Positions 31,253 to 44,600 of a DNA stretch of 64,000 bases are shown piece by piece (position 1 is the stretch's first letter; every line of letters begins with the position of its first letter). The stretch comes from the human T2T-CHM13v2.0 reference genome, Homo sapiens: NCBI RefSeq assembly GCF_009914755.1, contig NC_060926.1; one strand, 5' to 3'. The notes below the pieces were generated by a model. The model did not search any database, was not told the DNA's origin, and saw only the letters and a list, made by a program, of their open reading frames with translations. The position numbers and the translations under genes are program-made.

Positions 31253-32923
31253 TCAGGAATCAGAATCCCTCCCTCCCTCTTGTTCTTCAGGAGTGGTGAG
31301 ACTTGGCTTCTGGTCTCCCAGCCACAGTTATTGCTCACCTGAACTTACTTTCTCAGCGGTCACACTTCATGTGGAAGAGAGTAGGCCACAGGATTGTGCC
31401 TTGTGGTCTGACTCCAAGTGACTCTAACCATGAGGTTTCCACCACTTCCTTTGAGAGCATTCCTAGTCCAAGTAGGCCTGAGCATTAGGAAATATTGACA
31501 CTGCAGCATTTTCTTGTTGCTTTTAGTTATATCATCATTGATCACCTTAATGGTATTTTTGTTTGTGTGTATAGTATCCCTGCTTTTCATAATACTGAGA
31601 AGAGGATATTTTGATTTGTGTTCCCAAAGTAAAGCATGAATGGGGAGGGATGGCCACAGAGAAAATGAGCATTTGAAATTTTGGGCATTAATACTTGGAA
31701 TTACGGATATGTAGGTACAAAATTTATGTGCTCCTTCTCAAGTGTAAGTTCTGACCTTTAGCTTTTGTTATCTTTCTTGATGACTCTTGAAATATTAAAA
31801 GGTATAAGACTGTGAATTTCATGTTCTGGTTCAATTTCCCATCACAGCCCTATTGTGTTATTCCAGACATTATTAATAGATAAAATTTGAGGGGCTCATG
31901 GCCACGTTTGTTGGTCTCTCTTCTTTTCTCTGCTTTGTAACTCCTGTATCCCTCACAGCCTTCTTCCTGAAGCCAGCTACGACTTGGCCAGACCCATCTC
32001 CTCTTCTGTTTCTTTACAAGTCCCTAACTTGGAAGTTTTTTTTTTTTCTTTTTCGTTTTTTAATCCCTGTCCCCAGATTAGGCCTGTGCTTTCTCTCCTT
32101 CGTATTTTTTTCCCCCGGTGATTCCCCTGCATAGGATGGGCTCTCTTCGCTTCTCTGCTTACTGAAACTATACCAGCCTTCAAAGTTTTCTACAGTCCCA
32201 CTTTTTCCGAGGGTCCTTACAGACCCACGTCAGCATGGGGGTGATGAGAAAAACAACTCTCCTTACTTTGATCGCTTTGTGGTATGAATTATCTCTTACT
32301 CATGAGGCACTTGATTAAATATCACTTTGTATAACTTCTGATTGTAAAATAGGGAGATGCTTTCATATGTAGCTTTGTAGTTGCTCATTACATTCTTAGC
32401 CATTTGTTTGTGTCTTTGTTTCACCTGCCAGTTCACACTGTGGGCTCCTGAAAGGCAAGGATCATGTCTTACGGGGTCTGACAGCTTTTACTTGGCTTAG
32501 CCTTGGGAAGGGTCCCAGCAAATGATTGCTGACTTGATAAGGGAACGGTGCCCACTGAAAGAGGACTGGGAATTGGAGTGGCTGCTCTGGATACCTATTT
32601 AACTGACCACACTAGGCTGACTATTAATTGCACATAACTTGCCTTTGTGTTGAAATGACACTTGGTCATAGATTCTTATTCATCTTGGTATTCCCCTTAT
32701 CACTTGACTGTGGTAGGTGTCCAAGAATACGAAACATTCAGAGACAACAAGTTGGCATCATGCTTCCCTGACTCCTTGTGAATTAGCAGAAGAGGAGGAG
32801 GGCAGTTTATATTTTCTTTTTTGTTGGAGTGAGGTAAGTTTAAATGGGCAGCGTTCTTTGTTTTGGCATGTTAGTGCTTTGCTGTTTGCAGAGTGCTCTC
32901 CAATTGTCTTCTGTGCTTCTAAG

Positions 32924-33245
<322 letters not shown>

Positions 33246-33989
33246 ACTTCTAAGGGTTTTAAATAAATGAGACAAATAGGGCATGAGACTGGATGGCTTG
33301 AAGTTATATAAGAAGGTGGTGAAGTTTGTGATCCAGTCCTAGGTCTTCATACTAAAACTCCGGGGTGCATTCCACTGTAAACTAATGATGTTTATGAATT
33401 CTCTCGAGTTCTGTTAGGTGCTTTATATGCATTATCGTTGATGCTCATGACAACTTTTCCAGGGAGGTATTGTCTTCCTTTTACTAATGAGACAATGGGC
33501 TGAGGGTGTTAACGTGGCCACTACCCAATCCTGGGGGCAGAGTTTGAATCCAGGCCTGCCTGAGACAGCCTGCTTCTTTCTACTGCACTACACTATTATG
33601 TTTTCTGAGTTAGCTCTAAGATGTCATTAAATGTATGCTTCTTGTTCGTTCTTCACATACCCTCTGTACTAAACTCATTATTTCATACAATAGCTGCTTT
33701 GAATGAGTCCAACTTGTGTTATATGCTGCAAAATCTGACCTTAATCTCAAGGGACTCAGGATGTAGCTGGGGAAACAAGCAACAATAAGCAACCCAGAGA
33801 GCTTCATAATCAGTGTAGATGTAGATATGCTAAGGGTTTGGAGGGAAGGTGCCTTTTCTGAATTCTGAGTGTTCAGAAAATGTTTCCTTGGAATAGGAAG
33901 TAGGTGAGATTCTAGCTCAGTCCCAACCACTGCTGGGCTGCACTTTTCATTCTACATTGTGCATTTTTGCTCCTTTGGTGCTTATATGC

Positions 33990-34345
33990 TTTATTCAGAC
34001 AGTCCAAAAAATATTTCTTGAGCGTTTACTGTGTGCCAGGCAGTGTTGTAGGCACTGGAGGATGCTGTACTGAGGTGGGATCGATTGAACGTCTGCTCCC
34101 AAGGAATTTACATTTTAATGGGAGGGCGTAGAGGGGGAAGCCAGACCTGAAGGGGATGCACAGGTACAGAAATGGAGCGTTTAGATGGTGGAAAGTGCCA
34201 TGAGGAGAATAAAATGGGATATGTGAAGTGGTGTCATCCCGATAAGGTCTGAGTGAGGAGGAGCAGGCAGCTAGTGTGATCAGGTAAGAGCCCTCGGGAG
34301 GGAGGAGTAGCCAGAGTACGATTTGTTTCTCCGTTTGCTGGTTCA
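33990..34345. mobile_element. L2 fragment (MIR/L2 remnants from ~33370)
   Basis: aaatatttcttgagcgtttactgtgtgccaggcagtgttgtaggcactgg is a typical L2 end. Confidence 0.7.
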
Positions 34346-34866
34346 GGAGCAGTTTCCAGGGACCCTGGAGCAAGTGAAGGGTCATTCCACAGCATATGGG
34401 ATATACTCAGCCCAGACAGCTTCAGACCTTGCCCATGGGACAGCCTCAAGGTGGAGGCTCAGGAGTCTGTCCCCTCACTCTGTTGTCGGTAACAGAGCCA
34501 TTTCTTATAGGTGGTTTTGTGTAGTCAGAGTTCTGCCTCTTGTTAAATTCAGGTGATTTTCAAAGAAATGAGTATTTCAGAATTGCCATTGTTCTAGACC
34601 CATGGGACAGACTGTTTGAGAATGGACTGTTTGATCAGTGTGAGCTGTGCCCTAAATGCAGGCACTCTGAAGGCCAGTACTTAGAATGGCTTTCTTTGTC
34701 TGCTTGAAGCTATAGGTTGACCTGGGGCAGGCAAGGTATTACGGAAGAGAATTACTTTATTGCTGTTAACTTGCTACTAGCTTGTAGCTCAGATTCTTTC
34801 CCTCTTTTTCTTTTTTATATTTCCTTTACAAAATTATTGTATTTTAAGGGGCATACAAGAATTTTA

Positions 34867-36072
<1,206 letters not shown>

Positions 36073-39000
36073 CCTAGAAAGCAATTCTTATGCGTGTTAA
36101 AGTTTGAGAACCTTTAAGCATGATTAAAAGAGAAGCCACAAAAGAAAAGTGGGCAATTCTGACTTAGAACTCTCAGACCTCTAGCAGTGACTGGAGGATG
36201 GGTGGGAATTTTGGTATCTTCCTGCTTGCCAGTAGGTTTACACAATTCGATATCAGAATAAGTCTTTAAATACATATTAGTGGCTTTGTTTATTGTGAGG
36301 ATTTTAAGGTAGCCCTAATGTGGGTTTAAATGTGGATTTCATGCATGTTCAGTAATAATACAATATAGGTCACTTGTGTATTTCTTTAATCGTTTCAGTA
36401 AACATGAATGGTAGCTCAGGAAACCTGAAAGGTAGGTATATCCCTGTCTCATATATGAGAAACTCAGGATTAGGGAAGTTAAAAATCTTACCTGAGAACA
36501 CATATTTCTAGTAGGTAATAAAGCTGAAAATCAAATTTCTCGACTCAAAAGCCGTGCTCCTAACATTCTGTTTTGACTCCCAATGCAAAAATATTATGTA
36601 AATATAAGCTATATGTAGAATAAATATAAATGTTTCAAAGTAAATTGACAGCCTTGTGATGGCAAGCTCATCATCTTTTCAGTCTGTGTTCATTTTGTTA
36701 TATACCCAGAACCAACAGTAACTACATATCCTTCAGAAAAATTACAGATAAAATGAGAACTGGATGAATAAAGCCACTGTTCACTATTGAAATAGTAAAG
36801 GCCAAATAAGCTTGTGATCAAATCTTTTTTTTTTTTTTCTAGTAACAGTTGTCCTCTGAAGGCTTTCTGAAGGCTCTCTTTCAGACAACTGTCTCTGAAC
36901 CTTTGTTTTTTTAAATGCCCCTAGTAAAATGGCTGTGTTGTTACAGCTTGAAGGCTGTGTGGTAAGTCTTTGCTCAGCCCTCAGTGATAACCCATAGACT
37001 TGGACTTCCATGTGAGAAGAACAACCATTATTATATTGTGTTAGTAGGCCTTGTGTTGGAGATTGCTTATTTTTAAAAAAACAAATGCCATGTGATCTTA
37101 TTTCTATTTAACCAATGTTTTGCTTGAGTGTACCAAGCAAGGCCTCTTGAGATGCTGGGACACAAAGGTGAATTTTATTTTCCCTTTTGCCTTTGAGTAG
37201 TTAACTGCCTAGTAGATGAGATACTGGAGGTAAGAGAATGAAGATTATAGGATATTTAAAGGCATTTATCATACATATATGTGTTATGTTTATAATGTGC
37301 TATAGAAGGACATATTAAAGTTGAAGTTTCTAATATTTTAGATTAAGCTGATAAATCTAGACAACTTACTTTGGCTGAAGGTTATAATACATAATTGCAT
37401 GAATTCTGCTCTGTGCCTGAATGCTTAGAGATTTGAGTGTGTGTCTAGGTATATCTGTGCAAACAACTTGGAAGAATCTGGTAAAAAGTATTAATACCAG
37501 GATCAGCCTTTTAGGTGGTAAGAGAATCTACCCCAAAGGCAGTCGACTCTAAGCCTTACTTCTCTAGGTTGCAAGCATCAGAAAGTAAGTATATGTCCCT
37601 ATACTCACTTTGTTAGAAAGCCCACAGTCTTTTCTGCAAAGTCTATTTAACAAAGCTTGTTTATGATCTTGGACTTTGGACTAAACCTGAGTTTGAATCA
37701 GGATTTTGCTGCTTACTAATTGATTGACCTTTCTAAGCCTTGGTAGCCACATCCGTCATGAGCTCAAGAGCTACCTTTTTGACTTGTTATGGATATTAAG
37801 TGATATTGCTTAGTACAGTCAAGTTGTGGCAGTCAGGTAAGCACCTCACAAGAAGTGGTTGTTCTGATTATTTTGTACTCTTTTAAAATTTGACTTTATT
37901 AAAGCACTGGCTTTAGGGTCCAAGCTGTGGACTTTAACTGGATTCTAGTATATTTTACAGGTAACTTTAGTTAAATCATCATCAACCTCAAATGTGAAGA
38001 ACAAGTGAAGCAGGGCCCCAGAACGCCCAGAATTGAACTAATGGTGGCTTGTATTTGCTACTCTTGCCATAAGATTGTACCTACTGACCTTCTGTGATAC
38101 ATCAGTGTTTTCAAAGTTCTGGTCCATGCATGCAGCCCCACTTGGATTTATGTTGACTCTTGTATATTTTGTTCTTTCTAGAAAAAGAGACCCAGGTGTT
38201 TCAGGGCATTGGGCTATTCCATTTCAGAGCCTAATGGAAGTGCTAGTGTTTTCATAATTGGAACAGACAACTGCCATGCTACATATGGTGCTGTGACCAC
38301 TGAGCAGCTTGTTCACAATGAGAAAATACATTGAAGTTGTGACCATTTGAGCCTTGAAGAAACTGCTGTTGAAGTTTTGTTTGGCTCCAGCTCCATCCTG
38401 GAATGGATGGAGTCATTTGGAATTATTCTGAATTCCAGTAGTGGCAAAAAAAAAAATTGTGTAACTTGTATATAGATGGTTTTCTGTTTGATTAACAGCA
38501 TTGTTCAATAAAAGATGCATTGTTTTAAATCAAGAATACGGTGCCATCTGACTTGATCTAGGAGGCACAGAAAGAAGACATTACAGATTACATTCCCCAG
38601 TAAACCCCTGCGTTATTTTTTCCAGAAGGTTCTATATTAATCTGTTTGGGTTGCGTCCTACGTGATCTTGCTGAGTCAGACAGAGCTAAGCTTATGAAAC
38701 AAAGGCTAGTCCCAAATCAAATAAAAACACACCACCATCCAGAAATGAGAGCCTAGAATTTTCTAAAGATGCACACATCTTTCTTACTATCTGGTGAGGA
38801 AAATTGCTCATTTTTCTCTCAGCTGATAAATATCACTTTTGCCCTAAATTTTTGTAGTGGCAATCTACTTTTTTAAGTTGGTGAGATAAAAGAATATTTG
38901 ATAGCACTGTCAGACTAGTCTGAGATAAAATTCTCTGTGTTCTCAGACCCTTAAGGGTTCTTAAATTGCATGGGCGGAAGCTGTGTGCATGTTTTTCTTG

Positions 39001-40240
39001 GTGCCCTATTTCCATATCAAATAGCCTTAATTTTTGTATTTTAGTAATGAAGGTATGAACCCATTCTGTCAGGCTTCTTATGCCGTTTATTGTAGCCTTT
39101 AGTCAGCTTAGAATAGCATGAAAGGAAGTAATAAGCCAACTCTAAGAAGGTCCAGATGAAAAGGATTATAATATGGTACAAAAATAATAGCATGCCTGGC
39201 CTAGCCATGTGACTCATTTCTTTTGGAGTATTCCTTTTGACAGCTTTTTTGAATCACACATCAATCACAATGCTGGTATTTTTGGCGGGGTGCTAGACGT
39301 TACTCTAATGCTCATGATGGTAACTGCCAAAAGTGAACAAAGAGGAGAATTATAAATGAAACCTAACAGCATCACAAACATTTATTTTTTCTTGAGCAGA
39401 AACAAAATTGGGAGTTAGATGATATCTTTTTCATTGCCCCAAGAAAACCACTGCTTTATTCCATTGAAAATAAGACCTTGATGGGTCATCCCCGGTCTTT
39501 GGCAGTAGAAACTATTCGTCTTGTCTTGGTTTCCATTCAGGAGCTTTCCTTCCCAAACCTTGTCCCCTGCTTTAGGAGTAATTTTTTTAGGGCTTTAGGT
39601 TTTTCTCATGTCCCAGTGACTAAGCTTGCTTTTGGGTGGTTCTCTGTGCTGCATGTAGTCCTTCTGGGAAGAAACTCCCATGAAGTTCAAAGGAGCAGCA
39701 GATATGCAGGGTGCATCTAGAAATGAAAATCTGACCCTTTGTCCCTCTCCTTTTCATCTCTCTTTTGTACAGGCCTTCTTTCCTTCTGTGCAAACAGACC
39801 CTTGTCATAGTCATAGTCCATCACGCTGTTAAATGATTTCCAGCACTGCTCTATGATGTGCTGTAATTTCAGGGAGTAGTTTTATTTTCTACAACATGTT
39901 GCTCTGTAGCACGTGTATTTCACTACTGAGTGGTAGTTCTAATGGACATATTCTTAACAAAATAGTCCCAGCATTACAGAATACTAGGTTAGAATACATA
40001 CCCAAATAAATAAAATGTTACAGACACAGTCCAAGCTCGTTCTCTCCTGACTTCCTTTCTCCCGCTACAGAGGAAAATTACCCCGAATTGGCACATCTCA
40101 TTCCTATGCACTCTTGTTAAAAATAACTTATAGTTTGCTTCTGAATTTATAGAAATGGCACTATAATCCATATGTACTTTTGAATCTTTATACATTTGAT
40201 TTGAGAAGTATTTATGTTGATGCATGTGGCTTTAGGTCAT

Positions 40241-40533
40241 TTATTTTATTTTGTTTATTTTTTTGAGATGAAGTCTCGCTCTGTCACCCAGGCTGGAGTG
40301 CAATGGCACATGGCAACCTCTGCCTCCTGGGTTCAAGCAATTCTGTCTCAGCCTTCCGAGTAGCTGGGATTACAGGTGTGCGCCACCACGCCTGGCTAAT
40401 GTTTTTGTATTTTTGTGCAGACAGGGTTTCACCATGTTGGTGAGGCTGGTCTCGAACTCCTGACCTCAAGTGATCCACCCACCTCAGCCTCCCAAAGTGC
40501 TGGGATTACAGGCGTGAGCCACCACACCCAGCC
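40241..40533 (-). mobile_element. AluS within an old L1 remnant
   Basis: Alu dimer with a small internal deletion; TSD-like aggtcattta. Confidence 0.9.
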
Positions 40534-41070
40534 TGGCTAGAGGTCATTTAATTTTTGAATTATGTTCATTGAATAAATGTGCCATAAATTACAGTTGATC
40601 CTCATTATATGTGAATTCTGGATTTGCAAATTTGCCTATTTGATAAAAATGTATCTGTAACCCCAAAGTTAATACAGTGCTTTTATGGTCACTCACAGAC
40701 CACAAAGTGGTGAAAAATTTGTCACCAGATGTGCAGATTCTCAGCTGAGGTTGAACAAGGTGACTCTGCTTTTTTGTTTCAGCATGCATACTGTACACGT
40801 GTGTCCTTTTTGCTTTCTATTTAGTGCCACACTTTTTGCACTTTTGTGCTTTTTTTTTTTTTGGTGATTTTGCTATTTAAAACAGACTTCAAGCATAATG
40901 CTGAAGTGCTGTCCAGTGTTAACTAAGTGCAGGAAGGCTGAGATGTGCCTTATGGAGAAGATATGTATATTGGTAAGCTTCTTTCATGCATGAATTTAGA
41001 GAGCTGTTGGCTGTGAGGCTGTGAGTTCAGTGTTAATGAATCAATAATATATATTAAGTAATATATATAA

Positions 41071-41790
41071 CGATAAATATTAAATAAGTTTAATATATAA
41101 CGATAAATATTAAATAAGTTTAATATATAATGATAAATATTACATAAGTTTAATATATCACGATAAATATTACATAAGTTTAATATATCACGATAAATAT
41201 TACATCAGTTTAATGTATCACGATAAATATTACATCAGTTTAATGTATCACGATAAATATTAAATCAGTTTAATGTATCACGATAAATATTAAATCAGTT
41301 TAATGTATCACGATAAATATTAAATCAGTTTAATGTATCACGATAAATATTAAATCAGTTTAATGTATCACGATAAATATTAAATCAGTTTAATGTATCA
41401 CGATAAATATTAAATCAGTTTAATGTATAACGATAAATATTAAATCAGTTTAATGTATAACGATAAATATTAAATCAGTTTAATGTATAACGATAAATAT
41501 TAAATCAGTTTAATGTATAACGATAAATATTAAATCAGTTTAATGTATAACGATAAATATTAAATCAGTTTAATGTATAACGATAAATATTAAATCAGTT
41601 TAATGTATAACGATAAATATTAAATCAGTTTAATGTATAACGATAAATATTAAATCAGTTTAATGTATAACGATAAATATTAAATCAGTTTAATGTATAA
41701 CGATAAATATTAAATCAGTTTAATGTATAACGATAAATATTAAATCAGTTTAATGTATAACGATAAATATTAAATCAGTTTAATGTATAA
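41071..41790. repeat. AT-rich minisatellite, 24 x 30 bp (CGATAAATATTAAATCAGTTTAATGTATAA)
   Basis: Exact 30-bp periodicity, no spacers; variant blocks of 2+2+2+5+13 units. Confidence 0.98.
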
Positions 41791-41949
41791 AAATAAATAA
41801 GAAACATACATAGCACAGTTTTATGTATTGATCAGTTGACAAAAATGTTGCAACCAGAGGCTCTGGGGAGCCTAACCGTGTATTTCCGCTAGAACTAATG
41901 GTTCAATGGTCAATAATTCAGTGTCCATGGTGACTTTATAGACCATAAC

Positions 41950-42808
<859 letters not shown>

Positions 42809-44369
42809 ATAACTACTGCAAATAATGGGAGTCAACTATCTCTTGTCATATTGATGGACATATGAGGTTATTACAAGTAACGTTACAATCAAAATCCTTG
42901 TCTATGTCACCTGATGCACAGGTATAAATTTCTTAAGGTTATATATTAACACTTAGAAGTACAATTGTTGGGTCTTGGGCATATTCAACTTAAGTGATTA
43001 GTGTTGAAGTGCTTTCTAAAGTGGCTATATTTCCTTGATGAAGTTGGTGTTAGAGAAATTCATCCCCACAGTGTACACAGATTGTACCTACATATTATGA
43101 AATTAGCAAAAAATTTTTAGTACCTACATGGCACTAGATGTGAGTACTAACAGTGAGCTGCCATCTAGGAGCTTACAGTGTATTTCCAGTGATAAGTTTT
43201 ACAAACATAAATAAAATTATTAATAGTTGCCATCCATTTTAAACTTTACCTTTGAGATGAATATAGATTCGGATTGTTTGTGGAAAGCTTAATATAATAG
43301 CAGCTAATATTTATAGAGTCTTTTTTTGTGCTTTTAATGTATTTAATCTTAACAACAACCCAAGGAGATAACTGTAATTAATTCCATGTAACCTAAGAGG
43401 AAATTTAGGTGCAGAGTTTGAGCAACTTGCCTAAAGTCACACAATAAATGACAGAGTCAGGATTTGAATTTGAGTCCCCTGGCTCCTAAGTGCCCAATCT
43501 TAATTGTTGTGCTATATATTCATCATTTAATTTCACAGTTGTAGCCGTTATCTAAGAGGTAGCCTTTTTTTTTTTTTCACATAACAGGTAAAAACAACTA
43601 AAGGAACTAGGGAGAGTCAGGCATTAGGAAGTTAAGTGTGGAGTTGATTTTTTTAAGCTGGGGCAGTGGTGAGACAGAACATACAGAGGATCATCTTGGC
43701 TTCTATACTGATTATTCAATCTGTCTTTGATCTTTTGGTGGGAGAGATTCTTAGTATCCCTGTGTTTTTCACCACCCTTTACAAAGCCATTGAGCAATTT
43801 TGGAAGAAGGGGAAAATTTGTGTATTCTGTTTGTCCTGGTTTATTTGCTCAAATGGGGGTTTCTCTACTTCTACAAGAGTTGTTTTAATCTTCACTACTT
43901 TTTGAGGGCTTTTACTGTGCGATGTTTCATGTGTATTTCTCAGAACAATCCTACGGTATTTAGTATTTACTTAGCAAGTAGTTGAGGGATTTTGGCTGGC
44001 CACTCTGACGTCATTTGAACTAGGCACACATTCAACTACTCTGTCCTCTTTTGTCGAAGATAGTGAGAGTGGAGGGCCTGGAGTAGATACAAGTTGGGAA
44101 AGTGACATCCTTCAATAACAAGCTTGTAGGCTGTAAACCACAAAGGATGGCTTATTGAAATGGAATATCACTATTAGTTTCTCATTATCCTGTCAGAAAA
44201 GAGAAATTGCAACTAAAGCATAATAAAGGGGGTTTTCGAAGCCACAAACCGCATCTTTGCTCTTCAGATGTATCTTACTTGTTGAATAGTAAGTGAATGA
44301 GATTTATGAAATGTTCATAGTAAGATGACTGAGAACAATTGTTTCTCCATTTTTTAGAATCAGTTGCTT

Positions 44370-44600
44370 CTTTTTCTTTTTTCCTCTCTTTTTCTTTCTT
44401 CTTTTCCTCTTCTCTTCTCTTCTTTTTCTTTTTTGACAGAGTCTCACTCTGTTGCCCAGGCTGGAGTGCAGTGGTGGAATTATAGCTCACTGCAGCCTCT
44501 ACCTCCTGGCTTATGTGGTCTTCCCACCTCCGCCTCCTGAGTAGCTGGGACTACAGGTACCCACCACCATGACCAGCTACGCTTTTTTTTGTTTGTTTGT
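44370..44600 (-). mobile_element. AluJ right arm with CT-rich tail
   Basis: Polypyrimidine tail followed by the Alu arm. Confidence 0.85.

Noticed and set aside
39830-39940. Possible intronic C/D snoRNA or miRNA hairpin
   Set aside because: No intact RTGATGA/CTGA pair with a terminal stem and no long hairpin.
41071-41790. CRISPR-like array of ~30-bp repeats
   Set aside because: Units are contiguous with no unique spacers, there are no cas genes, and the DNA is human. It is a minisatellite.
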